A stretch of DNA of 63,340 nucleotides, the filler included, from Phoronis australis (lineage: Eukaryota; Animalia; Phoronida), in NCBI GenBank assembly GCA_002633005.1. It is 8 parts of 8 records of this genome, joined end to end, with 100 filler letters (N's around TTAATTAATTAA, not from the genome) between each part and the next. Parts side by side here need not be neighbours in the genome. Positions count along the whole stretch, not along the records: positions 1 to 27,554 come from NMRA01000715.1; positions 27,655 to 30,842 come from NMRA01001922.1; positions 30,943 to 35,919 come from NMRA01000521.1; 5 more parts are not named here. The stretch is one strand, 5' to 3'. Below are positions 22,001 through 33,129 of this stretch, piece after piece; position 1 is the stretch's first letter, and every line of letters begins with the position of its first letter. The position numbers and the translations under genes were made by a program. The notes under the pieces are model-generated. The model saw only the letters and a program-made list of their open reading frames with translations. It had not been told where the DNA came from and did no database searches.

Positions 22001-25000
22001 GTCAATACCGCACTTTTTATTGTCAATTAAGTCATAGGTCGAGTATGCCCAACACTTAGTCACACAGACTTACTGCAAGATAACAGCTCAACAACAGTGT
22101 AAAAAGTATTATCGCCCTAATGATAATTAAACCAAAAGGTTCAAAAAAACCTCTGAGTCTAAATAGATTGGGTATAAAACACGTCATTCAAATTTTGAAG
22201 GGCCACTGTAACCTAGCCCGAAACAGACACATTACTGGGCTTATGGGGAGCCCAGTGTGTCCCGATCGTGGTACTGACGTACATGTAGAAATCCCTAAAC
22301 ACCAGGTAAAGTTTTGCCTAGCTTTTCATAGGCTAAGGAGCAACCTACTGGATGACACTGTTACATGCTACAACATATAGTGCATGGCAACAAATGGAAA
22401 CGTCTGTCCGTTTTCTTAAAGGAGACTGGCAGACTTGAAAACTTCCTTCACGAAGAACCATAAGGGAGCTCTCGTGCTTTAGCTCAAAGGGGTGTTTTGT
22501 GCGATGGGCCCAACCATGAGGCATGCGCAAATGACTCCAGGCCACCCCCTCTCACCGCAGTTGTAACCAACTTCGCAAGGTCTTCCACTGGTCACCACCA
22601 CTCATCCCTCTCGTCATCAACAGTTTTGTACCATCCAGGATTGTTACCAAGATTTGCGAAACACGTTCGTTTGTGCGCGCCCCCTCCCGTAGGGATCGTT
22701 ATCTACTCACACTGAGCACGTAAATTGCGAAAGTTCACGTCCCGAGTTTAGACGGTTTGGCCAAGCATTTTGACAATGTTTTAGATTTCACCCTGAATGA
22801 CATGTTTGGGGATGAATATCTATTTGACAAGAACGCTTATGACAAGGTTGGCCCACCCATCTAAACGCGGCCCGTTCAAAGTCAAGCCAGGTGGCCCTCC
22901 ATTTACCTTTCATATAATAGAAACCAACTGTTGCCATTGAGACTAAGTTGTGAGTTAAACGTCACAAAAGTCAGTGAAATGTGCCTTTGACATTTTGAAA
23001 TAAAGCCAAATTTCAGAAACGACGAACCATCAATTCTGAGACTTCCGTTTATGACTGACAGTTTTGTTTCTTAAAATCGCGTTCTCTGACATTCCTGAAC
23101 TTGTGTGTGTTTTGTTTCTGAATACATGCACAAAACGTACCGAGAGTGGCGTAGATGAAGTAATATCCCACGAGGCATTATTCCATGTACCGATTGAGAC
23201 CAAATGTATTTATCCCATACGCAACGCATTCCTTAGTTTATTTCATTGTTTCATTTTTTCGGCAGATAATTTAAATACTTTACACAGTCTGTTCACGTGT
23301 CGGATCGCATCCTGTATGTAAGCACTTGCGCGTTACAACACAAGTTTTCTCTAGCAAAAGAAAGAGTTTTAAATGTAAGATTTACTACTTCAAAGAGACA
23401 GCAAAGATGAAAACAACGATAATTGTGGAGTGAACTTGCAACATTTCTTGGGAATAGTTAAATAACAACATTATTTGATATAATTGTAGTTACCGAGGAA
23501 TCGGCGCCTGAATTGCAGACGATATAATATTTTGTAATTGAAAAATGAGACAGAAGTGTCATATAACTAACGGTTTTGTTCCAGATGACGTTTGGGACCT
23601 GAGTGCATGTTGCGATGCAATTGTATTACTTTAAACTATTTTGGGAAAGTTTGATGATCGAACCGCCTAACGTAGTCAAGTCGATGTTGATCTACCTTTT
23701 GAACTTTCCATGTCAGATGGCACTGTTGAACATGGACGGTGCAGCACTAAAATAAATGAGGGGGGAGGCTATAGCCCCCCAGCCCCTTATATGGTGCGCC
23801 GCCCATGATTGAAGTAGTGCGAGAAGGAAATACAGAAAACAATATCACATGGCCGTATTGCACTAGACTGATTCAACGCTTATGGGATAAATATAAAATC
23901 AAATTGCCAAGAATTTCTTTTGAGCACGTGCATGTATGAATTACGATCGTTTTGTAATTCCTTGGAAATCGGGAATAGAATAGGACTACACAGAACACTT
24001 ACTTTTTGAGTTCTAGTTTACAATCGATGAATTGCGACGACGATCACGTTTGTTTTTCTAAAACACGCTGAGCCTCATTAGTTTCTTATTATTAAGCCAA
24101 ATTTCATCGTTCTTACTTTTGTTAACTTGCTGGGAATTCGTGTTTTTTTTCAAATTGAATTGCTTATTCTTTCACACTTAATATTGATTTAAGTGCACAC
24201 TATTGTTATGCCACAACGATAGACATCACGAATAGACTTGTGAGAGTCTTATTTCTGACAACTTGTACCCTGACGATGAGCACAGGCCTACATACGCTTT
24301 GTCCCTCACGTCTGGTAGTTTTCTGTGGAGCGAGATGCGATCACTGACGTATGTGTTGAAACCACTGCTATTCCAACCACTTTCATATTTTCTACGTTCC
24401 TCATCAGACAAACCATTGGCGTTAATAACGACTGGTCGCCCGTATTCACCTGGATGAGTAAAAGAAATCAACAAGTGAGACTGCGAAGCTTTCGAAAAAC
24501 TGTATGTGACCAATTACACTTATAGCTGACGTATTTTCTCGTGTGATGTGGTCTAATACGTTATTTGGACCGATGAGAACACGAGGCCTATGAAACCACT
24601 TCTGTGACCACTTTGGGGATGAGGGTAAGGGCAGTTTTACTTTGATGATCACAATCCATTGTAGTTTACAAAAGCAAAAATCCCCATGTTTAACCTTGTA
24701 CTTGGTTTCCGAAAAATCATTAAAAGTACACAAATTTTTGAACAAGATTCACTCTTTTTATAACTGATCTGTCGTGTCTTGTTTATAGGAACGTTTTGAC
24801 AAGTTCAATTACGACAACCAACATAGATCACTCGGTAAACTGTGGGCATTTTTTAATTTAACAAAACCACGATAAACCATCCTTAAATTTTAGAATGTTT
24901 GGATTCGTCGCAATGTTGATTTGTAGAAAATTGATCTTACTATTTTATTAAATTATACAGGATCTGACAAACCAAAATGGAATATCCTCAAAGTTTAGAA

Positions 25001-25953
25001 TGTTTGGATTCATTAAAGTGTTGGTTTGAGTTTGTTTTAAAGGAAAATGTATTTTCTAAAACGAAATTAATTGCAACGTCAACACTAAAGGAAAAAAGAG
25101 CTCGTCCCTAAATCTTTAGCTTCTTGTTTTCCCAGTCCAACTACTTCACAGACCATGCTCCCCCCCCGTCTGATGATACCCCCCTCAATGTTCCTCCACC
25201 GCCATGTTCCCTCGGGTCCGTGTACCCTCAAGCCTGGTGATAAATCTATTCGTTAATCCAATCTATGTGTGACCTTTTCGTATTATATTTTCAAACAACT
25301 TGGCCGTTTGCATGCCTCTGGCAATTCCATTGCAGTGACTACACTACTAGGTAATGCTTGTACATGGAACTAGGGTGATATTGCCCTTGAAATATTTACA
25401 CGGGAAGTGTTGGTAATGGGTTTTGTCAAAACTATGACTTTGACAGTTGCAGGAAGAGAACTTGTAATAATGAAACCGTCAAACCGGAAATATAAAACAT
25501 TGCCTAAACTTGTGCTGTACCTACGTCTTCAGATTTCTTTGAATTCCGTCTCTTACCTAGCACAGCAGTTTGCTGTCCCCAACTTAAGCCATATCTAGTC
25601 GCGGCGTCTTCTTTAATAGTTTGATCACGTGTCTCAGCATCTTGGGCGAGTTGCCCAAACCCTTTTCTCACATTTCTTGCCTCTTGCACAAATTTCGAGT
25701 CGTGAATCTGCTTTTTAACGAGCTTTCTGTGATATTCATCGATTGAGGTCTCCTGTATTTTCTTTCTCAGCACAATTTCATCTTGTTTCCACATCTTCAG
25801 ATTGTGTGCAATCTCTTCATTTACCTTCACATCGTTCTTTTCTCTCTGTTTGTCTTCAACATTGAACAGCAACAAGACTATGACGATGAGCCATAAGACG
25901 AGCATGTACAGGACCAGCTTGGTTAAGAATCTGCTCCTCGCACTTCTCGCCAT
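4700..25953 (-). CDS. GALNT: Polypeptide N-acetylgalactosaminyltransferase (ppGalNAc-T, GT27 catalytic + ricin-B lectin), complete 11-exon gene, 635 aa
   Basis: Exons 25557-25953, 24296-24449, 21520-21692, 20701-20865, 20086-20305, 14769-14886, 12880-13065, 11498-11626, 5991-6095, 5381-5506, 4700-4834 total 1908 nt. All introns are GT-AG with matching phases. The protein has a type II TM anchor, DxH motif (TFLDSHCEC), [32 protein letters not shown] and three ricin repeats. It resembles the invertebrate PGANT9/GLY-5 type; exact orthologue not assigned. Confidence 0.95.
5381..5506 (-). CDS. GALNT: GALNT exon 10 (ricin beta repeat)
   Basis: [42 protein letters not shown]; CAG acceptor, GTAGGT donor. 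Confidence 0.93.
5991..6095 (-). CDS. GALNT: GALNT exon 9 (ricin alpha repeat)
   Basis: [12 protein letters not shown]...ICHGQGGNQ; CAG acceptor, GTAAGT donor. Confidence 0.93.
6955..7360 (-). pseudogene. Academ-like transposase C-terminus (Cys-rich tail), decayed
   Basis: FVCKLCG...VNKARYKIF...[18 protein letters not shown]...APSPVANGW...MTLPLAPE...[21 protein letters not shown] with frameshifts and a stop. Confidence 0.7.
7815..10217. mobile_element. Non-autonomous TIR element (hAT-like) nested in the Academ-like remnant
   Basis: Ends CAGGGCT...AGCCCTG with subterminal TGCGACCTG/TGCGAGCTG repeats at both ends; no clear TSD. Confidence 0.55.
10689..11434 (-). pseudogene. Putative Academ-like transposase N-terminal remnant split by a MITE
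   Basis: Removing MITE 10888-11144 rejoins ...KTEL|[12 protein letters not shown] (YHxxCY motif); same strand as the C-terminal remnant. Confidence 0.5.
10888..11144. mobile_element. MITE, CA...TG termini, 5-bp TSD
   Basis: CATGCACGCATC...GATGCGCGCTTG; flanks AGAAG/ATAAG; internally related to 38691 and 42210 copies. Confidence 0.7.
11498..11626 (-). CDS. GALNT: GALNT exon 8 (not in ORF track)
   Basis: [43 protein letters not shown]; TAG acceptor, GTAATT donor. Confidence 0.95.
12880..13065 (-). CDS. GALNT: GALNT exon 7
   Basis: IWMCGG...[10 protein letters not shown]...[11 protein letters not shown]; AAG acceptor, GTGAGT donor. Confidence 0.95.
13468..13921. mobile_element. Foldback MITE with ~150-bp arms; spacer contains a SINE head
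   Basis: Arms 13468-13618 and 13765-13921 are reverse complements; arm fragments also at ~27465-27550, 39493-39615, 53061-53165. Confidence 0.85.
13621..13719 (-). mobile_element. tRNA-derived SINE 5' head (same family as 359-648)
   Basis: Reverse complement GAGGAGGCAGTGTGGCCTAGTGG...GTTCGAGTCCTACTGGATCACACTGC aligns to 359-460. Confidence 0.8.
14769..14886 (-). CDS. GALNT: GALNT exon 6
   Basis: [39 protein letters not shown]; CAG acceptor, GTATGA donor. Confidence 0.96.
15409..15794. mobile_element. MITE (PIF/Harbinger-like ends)
   Basis: GCCCGGTCTCCAATCTTTTTACTCGA...TCGAGTACAAAGATTAGAGACCGGGC; internal AACTCGA/TCGAGTT repeats. Confidence 0.7.
16700..18092. mobile_element. TIR element with perfect 19-bp terminal IR and phased subterminal motif arrays
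   Basis: ACAGTACAGCCACTGAATT (16700-16718) vs AATTCAGTGGCTGTACTGT (18074-18092); CGTGA/CCGGA arrays inside both ends. Confidence 0.8.
18998..19028. repeat. (CT)n microsatellite
   Basis: Direct reading. Confidence 0.9.
20086..20305 (-). CDS. GALNT: GALNT exon 5
   Basis: GWLPPIL...[13 protein letters not shown]...[11 protein letters not shown]; AAG acceptor, GTAAGC donor. Confidence 0.95.
20701..20865 (-). CDS. GALNT: GALNT exon 4 (DxH motif)
   Basis: [30 protein letters not shown]; CAG acceptor, GTAAAA donor. Confidence 0.95.
21520..21692 (-). CDS. GALNT: GALNT exon 3 (not in ORF track)
   Basis: [45 protein letters not shown]; CAG acceptor, GTAAGT donor. Confidence 0.95.
24296..24449 (-). 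CDS. GALNT: GALNT exon 2
   Basis: GEYGRPV...[20 protein letters not shown]; CAG acceptor, GTATGT donor. Confidence 0.93.
25557..25953 (-). CDS. GALNT: GALNT exon 1: cytoplasmic tail, TM helix, charged stem
   Basis: [32 protein letters not shown]...; donor CTAG|GTAAGA, phase 1 matches exon 2. Confidence 0.85.
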
Positions 25954-26673
25954 GGTGACTTGTGTATGACTGCGTGTATTAAATGTTCGCCGATAGGAGT
26001 CGTTACATCAACTGTCATTTTCATGTTCAACGCCGGCGTTTTGGTATGAAAAAACCTAGATTAATTAAAATTACACCAGTATGTGCTGCATTGAGTAGAC
26101 TACAAACTTAAGGAAATCTCCATCTCACATATACTGCGACAACGTTTTCTGCAAATTTACAGAAAGCTAATAAATTTGTCAATAAGTCTGATTAGTGTAA
26201 TACGAGATTGTCTAACTTCACTCCAGCCCTCAGCTCCCAGTTGGCCTCCTGGTCAATGTTTGCGTTCCTTTGCAAAATTTTTGCGTTCCCTCACCATATT
26301 TTCTTATCCTTCTTAAAAATCTTTGTGTTCTCGCTTAAATACTTTGCATCCAGGGGTAGCTAAGGCGGTTTTAATTTCATTATTTTAATTGCACATGAAG
26401 AACCCATGAGAAATATCCATCTATCTGCAAGACATCAAAACTCAGAAAATGGTTGGTTGAATTCAAATGAAACATTTAGATAACAAGTTTAATGCAGAAC
26501 TTTCTGAAACGCGAATAGGAATTGTGTTATGTTCAACCTTTGCACCGGGGACTAGCACATACATGTATTTGTTCTGTTGTTTTGCAGTGAATGTAATATT
26601 TGTTTTTTTAATTAGTTTCACTAAAGAACACGGTCACGTTATCCAAAATCAAATTTCACTGGACAACCATTAA

Positions 26674-26730
26674 GAGTGACTCCATATAAAAACCAACAGG
26701 TAGAGTCTATACCCAAAATCACCGATTTTT
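26674..26730 (+). mobile_element. Sola3-like element terminus
   Basis: TTAA|GAGTGACTCCATATAAAAACCA...AGTCTATAC resembles the terminus at 50601. Confidence 0.55.
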
Positions 26731-27554
26731 TTGAAACTTAGCACATGAGTTTGGTTTGTTGAGATGTAGAAAAAACTCACTTTTTAAGAATTTTCATTCA
26801 TTATTTTTCTTTTTATGAGCCGTACCCCCATTTTGCAACAAAATTGGGCGTCGAAGTAGGCATGTTTGAATGCATTTTACAAGCATGTGTGGTAAGGTCA
26901 AAACAAATGAGTAATACGAATTGAAAGCGCAGTGGCTGAAAAATTTAATGGCATAACTTTCAAAATCCATTTTTAAATTTGTACATTTTGAATTTGTGAG
27001 GCAAAAACGGCTATTTTTCAGGTTTTCACTGAAGCAATTTTGGGCCAAATTTGGCACTCTGTAGAAGCCATAACGCACCTTTCCTGAAATTGACTTTATA
27101 ATAATTTGTTTAGTCATTCCTAACCTGTTCATAATCTCAAATAAAAAATCTTGCCTCTAATGTAGTTTTTGCGTACGAAGCATTACACGAACTGCACTTC
27201 GTCCTTTTGCATGTTCTCAGTTGCCTCTGCTACCAATAGGGGGCTCTTGGAACATATAATTAGCTTGCGAAACGCGACATATAAACCTTGTATTTTGGAG
27301 AAAAGGCAGACAGCATTATTAATTACCATTCTCTGAAAACGGCATTGATGATTATTGCTTATTACAAAAAATATGTAACGTAAATCAACTGGCATGCGTG
27401 GTTCTAAATGATAGATGGCGCTGCTTTTGTTTACGTAGAGACTGAAGACGCATCTAGAATAAGAGCAGTAACACGAGGACCTTGCTATAATTCAAGACTT
27501 AGCGAGATATTGCCCTGCATTTTGAATGAGAACACGTGGTTTTGGATAAATTTT

Positions 27555-27654
27555 NNNNNNNNNNNNNNNNNNNNNNNNNNNNNNNNNNNNNNNNNNNNTT
27601 AATTAATTAANNNNNNNNNNNNNNNNNNNNNNNNNNNNNNNNNNNNNNNNNNNN
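27555..27654. other. Artificial 100-bp contig linker N44-TTAATTAATTAA-N44 (also 30843-30942, 35920-36019, 45073-45172, 52050-52149, 54579-54678, 61225-61324)
   Basis: Identical structure seven times; the 12-mer gives stop codons in all six frames. Confidence 0.97.
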
Positions 27655-28003
27655 GTGCTTCGTGCATCTACGGAACGCACCCCGTCACATCGGACCAATG
27701 ACCTCTGCTGCCACCTGTTGATACTTTTGCTGTGGGCACTGCTTTGGACACTCGTCTTCATGTTGAAAAATTAAAGTCAAATCCTGTCCTCTAGTTAGTA
27801 TGCGTCACCACTCCCGCGTGGTCAGTCGTCGCTGCAAACCTTTTCGATTCGTCTTACGCATGCCTATAACGACGAATTATGGGGGAAATATATCCAAACA
27901 AAATCTCATACGACTTAAGCTGGGCTAATTCCCTTAAATTCATCAGTAGACACAAGCGTAAGATTGCTTGCCGAAATTTTCCATTGTGGGCATATTGTTT
28001 CAG

Positions 28004-28074
28004 TGAGAATAAGATTAATTCAAGTTGATCATGTGATGAGACCAGTGGCAGAACCAGTGCAGATCGACATTCTG
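28004..28074 (+). CDS. Complement C3/thioester-protein family exon (MG2 domain, first part)
   Basis: TTTCAG|(V)RIRLIQVDHVMRPVAEPVQIDIL|GTAAGT; phase 0 joins the next exon. Confidence 0.7.
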
Positions 28075-28424
28075 GTAAGTATCTTCTGATTTTATACGCG
28101 AACTGTGTCAACCACTCATAACTCACCTTTCACGGCACGTCGTATATTGGTGCATCTGTAAGCAGAGATCTGTGGCGCCACACGTTAGGTGGAAATGTAG
28201 CTGTTTTTAATTCTCTTGTGCTAGCGAACGATTTTCTGTCTGTCCTGGAAGGTCAGTTCCAATTAGCACTCTTTACAATAGCGATTGAATCATTGTTGTT
28301 CGGGATAAGTATAAGTTTCCTATCAAATTAGTACGGTAACGCATAAGAGTGGATTAGACATTTAAATGACTAAATTTCAATTATGCACAATCACTGTAGA
28401 ATTTGAGATGTTTTTACCTTTCAG

Positions 28425-28599
28425 AACCCTCAAAATGTGGTAGTCGAACGAAAAGGTATCATGACTCTCAAAGATGGCGTTTACGTGAAAACATATAAAT
28501 TGCCAATCCTCGCCCTTGATGGTAACTGGACAATAACCGCGTATTACGGGAAGAAGTTCGCACTCACCAGCTCAGTGAAGGTTGAAGTGAAGGAATACG
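28425..28599 (+). CDS. Complement C3/thioester-protein family exon (MG2 to MG3 boundary)
   Basis: TTTCAG|NPQNVVVER...YKLPILALDGNWTITAYY...VEVKEY(V)|GT; GxWxIxA and EVKEYV are TEP-family motifs. Confidence 0.8.
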
Positions 28600-28796
28600 G
28601 TACCATTGTCATTCTTAAAATATTTGTAATTATTTGAAAATAGTTGTTGAGTTGGTGACTGGGTAACCTCGGTTACAACTTAAAGTAAACAGTAAGCAAG
28701 AAAAAACGCTTAACGATCAATGTTAGTTATGTTTGACTGAACTCAGCGACGTTTTGAAGCGTGGTAGATATTTCCGCTAGAGTTGTCCTGCCTTAA

Positions 28797-28850
28797 AGGA
28801 GAATGCCACCCAAAAAACAGCCTATTTTGTATCAATTTAGATCGAGTAGT
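28797..28850 (+). mobile_element. Kolobok-like element terminus
   Basis: TTAA|AGGAGAATGCCACC is identical to the terminus of the THAP element at 61820. Confidence 0.6.
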
Positions 28851-29678
28851 TCTACTCCATAACGGCACGTTCGGTTGCGTTACCTGACACCTGACGGCAG
28901 ACGGAGGTGTTGAAATTATCCAATGACGTAATTGGTTTCACAGGCAGTCTGTTCAGCAGTTCTCAACACGGGTTAGTGGTGTCAGCTTATCGCTTGAATT
29001 CATCGTTTACCACCAATAAATCATCAAACTTCGATGTAAAACACTTAAAAATACACCGAGTTCTTACAAAGCGTGTTGTTTTATTTCGCTGTTACGGATT
29101 TACTGGTATTTGGACACACCGTAGCCTACAAAGTTCAGCAGGACAATTTACCAAGGGTAATGCCGCAGCAGGAGTTTGAGGTCTGTTCGGAGATAAATTC
29201 GAAGTATTCTGCCGTGAAATACAGACAGGAGAACCTAGATCTGTATTGTTTATACTTGTGATTTTGTTTTTAGTTCTAAACACACAAAACGCTTGTTATC
29301 CCGGCCAGTGGCTCGGAACCCGATCAGGCCCGTCGCGGCCGCCGGGACTGGCACGAACATAAACCAGCTTGAGTTAGAAATTAAACTTCCAGTCACTATA
29401 ATAGTGAGCCAAAGAAATAATGTGCACGTATACTTTATGTGAATTATCCACGAAACTGGAAATCTACATACTTGTCGGGAGCCGCGAAGTTCCCCTTCCA
29501 GAGACCGTCAGGGCAAAGGTTGTACAGTAACAGCGATTTGAATAATGTATTGGTATTTCTAAATAAAGATATCCCTAACATGTGACAATAGCATATAAAA
29601 TCGAGTAATTATTTTACAACAGCTTTCAGTCAGCAAACACTGAATTAGCATGCGCTTACACGGCCTCTGTGCCCGGTC

Positions 29679-30842
29679 AATAGCTCACTTGCGAGTTTCT
29701 CGTTAGTCACTGTGACGTCACCGGAAAAGGGGCAAAACCCGCCATATTGCTCTTGTTTTGCCCCGAGTATTTGCTACACACGCTAAAACTTACTGAAGTT
29801 CTTATGGTGAATTCTACGCTTAAAACGTTAAAACAACTTAAGATATGGCAGATGGGTCGTGGAATAACTGTGAATGGACGAAGAAAATGTGAACTTGTTA
29901 TGTTGTGCGAAGCTGTGAACGGACTGAAAATGGAACTTAGCCCGCTCTAGGCCTGAATGCCGCAGGCATACAGGGGCGATAGTGTATCCCCATAAAAAGA
30001 TATTCACTTCAAAATACAGCAAATAAAATCAAATGAAACATGCATATGTGCATATGAAGTTATAATTCACACATACCCTGACTCTGGACACAATTTAGTC
30101 TACAAATAACTTGAGCATATCCATGAAAACCTCGAGGTTCTCTCGAGTTTCTCTAACTGACCACCATTTTGAGGAAGTTACGTGAAATCACGCCTGTTGA
30201 CGAACAAAAAGTCCAAGGGGCACAAATCTTACAAATTTCACTTGATATTTTCTCATGCTATTTTGCAAGTGTCACGCGCCAGATCTTGCGCTTCGCTCAG
30301 TCTCGCGCTTGCCTTTGCCTCATACTCACCTGACTCAGTTGAAATACTTAATTGTGGTTATCGCGCGCGCGGACAAAGTTAACAGTAACCACAAAGTGGA
30401 GTTGGAATTCATCGCCAAAGTCACCTAAATTCCCGTATATATGCTTCATCGAAGATATGTTTAGAAGCAGAAAGAGTCACTGAAGAAAGTAAGAGCCTTC
30501 TAGGTGGTAATTTTAGGTGTAGAATGTATTTTTGACGAGGTGAAAACTTTATCAGTGAGCGGATTTCGCCTACCGCCAGTTTAAAATACACGGGACGAAA
30601 TTAGTACAGAACGCGACAGAACGTATTGTAGTGCGAATCTGAATTTCATTTGCCATAACAGCAATGCTTTTTGGACATTTTTCGAACTAAACGGCTAAAA
30701 ACTCGAAGACAATAACAGAATACACTCTGCTACCGTATTGGGCAAATGACCAAACGACAAGCTTTTGCCCCACTTCCCGTGACGTCACAGTTAAGTCTCA
30801 CATAATCTCGCGTTATTGTTATAAACTCGCAAAAGGCCTATT
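29679..30842. mobile_element. Non-autonomous TIR element (PIF/Harbinger or ISL2EU-like ends)
   Basis: AATAG..TTGCGAGTTT vs AAACTCGCAA..CTATT; inner IR 29709-29737 vs 30763-30791. Confidence 0.65.
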
Positions 30843-30942
30843 NNNNNNNNNNNNNNNNNNNNNNNNNNNNNNNNNNNNNNNNNNNNTTAATTAATTAANN
30901 NNNNNNNNNNNNNNNNNNNNNNNNNNNNNNNNNNNNNNNNNN

Positions 30943-31484
30943 CGAGAGATTGTCTTTGTGCTGTAGACGAACAAAAAGTTTTAGCCTGCCAATGAAGTGT
31001 ATCTTTAAGTCCGACCGTCCCTGCGATGACGACTACTATGAGTTGTGTACTATGTTGATGGCAGAACACAAATTAGAAACGCCAAATGACGTTACAAAGG
31101 CAGCAGTCTTTTACATCCAGCTTAGAGACATCGTTGCAGCTGCACTGTATACTGTATTCAGTTCTTGCGCTACTATGACAGCATGCCATGCATGGTCGCA
31201 TTTAGGCGCATGGGCCTATATTCGACCACAAACTTCCAAAAAGTGAGCCTTACAAAACGTCAAATCCGTGTTTGGACTCTACTCGTATGACGATTTCCTA
31301 ACAGCAGAGCATCTTAATTTAATCTTATTATGTCTATTGTCATGCATTGTGTTTTATCCCATTCTCCCTTGACGTCTTATACATGTAATAAACGATTGCT
31401 CATGACGAATTCAAACAGTTAGTTCAGATGCTACACCGTGGAATAACTCCCCAAAACTCCAGGAGTAATCACTAAAATGTTGTA
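30943..31484 (+). mobile_element. 3' end of an integrase-core (IS3EU-like) transposon, decayed
   Basis: RDCLCAV...PCDDDYYELCTMLMAEHKLETPNDVTKAAVFYIQLRDIV resembles C-termini of this class; candidate ...TTGTA end at 31484. Confidence 0.45.
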
Positions 31485-32069
31485 GTCCATGGAGGTATGA
31501 AATGTTATAAGGAACGGTAATTTGCCTTATTAAGAACTCAAACATGATGGCTTTTGAAGGAAGCTTCAAGAGAATGAAAGCGAACACACTTTAATATTGA
31601 TTAAAACGCGCATTTTCGTTCTCGTTTGTTTATAAGTGGATGTTAATTTACGTATTTTACTCCATCACATTTTCAATCACACAGTAATTTTATTGCACGT
31701 CGAATGTCATTTAAGAATGAATTTATCAGTTTACATGGTTCGGACTGCGCCGCTAAATTAGTGTTGCTTATTCGCCGCTTGGGGCGTTACATTTTCGACC
31801 GATAAACGTTGCGGCGAATGGCAAGAAGGCGGAATGAACCTCAACAATACAGCTTAATGTCTTGAAAACGGTAACTACAATCAGGCCATGCTTCTTTGGA
31901 AGTACACAAAGAATCCAATTTCTATATGTTACTTCGTCAGGCCTACAATATGTGATAATCCCCACCACTTCAGCCATTATCGAATTTTAAGTTCTGACAA
32001 TAAATGTTCATATCGTCGAAACTACGAGAACAAATAGACAAACGAAACTGAAATAGTACAGTACCAATG

Positions 32070-32524
32070 TTACATGAATAAGAAGAATACACATCCGATT
32101 TGCGTTAACGAGATAAGACCTGAAGTTGCACGCCATCTAACAGCGGCCGAGACTGTTATTAGTCCAACTCTTGTTGTTTTGACAGTGCCTCCGTTGTAAA
32201 GCAAGGTAGCGGTTGTGGATGCAGTGGTGGTCAACTGTGTTGTGTTGCCAGCGGTGTTTTTAGAGGATGTAACGGTGGTCAGTTGTTCCGCCTGGCTTGA
32301 AACGGTAGCTGATGTTTCCAACTCTGTTGTCTTACCAGCGGTGTTCTTATAGGATGCAACAGTGGTCATTTGTTTCGCCTGGCTTGAAGTCGCAACTGAT
32401 GCAGTAGTGGACTGTTGTGACCCCCCGCTGCTAAGAACTGACGATTGAGCGACTGAGATAGAACCTGTTTTAAGGCTTGTTTCAAGTCCTGCGGTGGTAG
32501 GGAAGCAAGTGCCATCTGGAGCCT
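32070..32524 (-). CDS. Terminal exon of a cell-surface protein: Ser/Thr-rich stalk plus GPI-like hydrophobic tail
   Basis: TTTCTGTTTAG acceptor, open to stop; two 29-aa (87-nt) repeats; ends SAAVRWRATSGLISLTQIGCVFFLFM*. Confidence 0.7.
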
Positions 32525-33129
32525 CTAAACAGAAATACAATGAAACATTTACCACGGCGCCCTGTAGTTAGCTCTTGTATTAACATACCCAATATTACAA
32601 ACTAAATGTAAGGCCGTTCAAACAAATCCATTTTACAAAAAGACTGCATCCAGCAGGTGCCATGATTGTAATAGCATGGAAATTATACATCCCACAATCG
32701 TATGAGCTTGGAAATTGTTAATAATAAAATAGGAGACGAAGCTTATCTTAGATTTTTAAAGAACGGCTGTCGCGCAGACAAGATTGATAACTAGAAGTAA
32801 AGGTTCATGTAGACAAGTCACCTTAGTAGTAAATTGTATTCCGCAAGGAAAACAAAAAGAAAATTTAGTTATATCGAATGCCTGCGTTTTAAAGAGAAAC
32901 ATGAAGCTTTCAAAATCTGTTAGTTTTTAGCACAGAACCAGAAGAACTGCAATGCCAAATTCTAACTCGACCGGTCGAGGTTACGCCGCACTCGTTTGTT
33001 TCGACGTTGTTTCTTGCTGTAGAGTAGGGTGAATTTTTTGTTTGGAACAACATTCCATCAATTTTTGTTCGCAAATATTTTGCTTCCTCATTGCTCAAAC
33101 TCTGTCAAACGGAGGATCATCACCATGCG

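Noticed and set aside
32910-33105. Possible C-type-lectin-like exon upstream of the mucin exon
   Set aside because: It has an in-frame stop, no convincing donor, lacks core motifs and abuts LINE debris.
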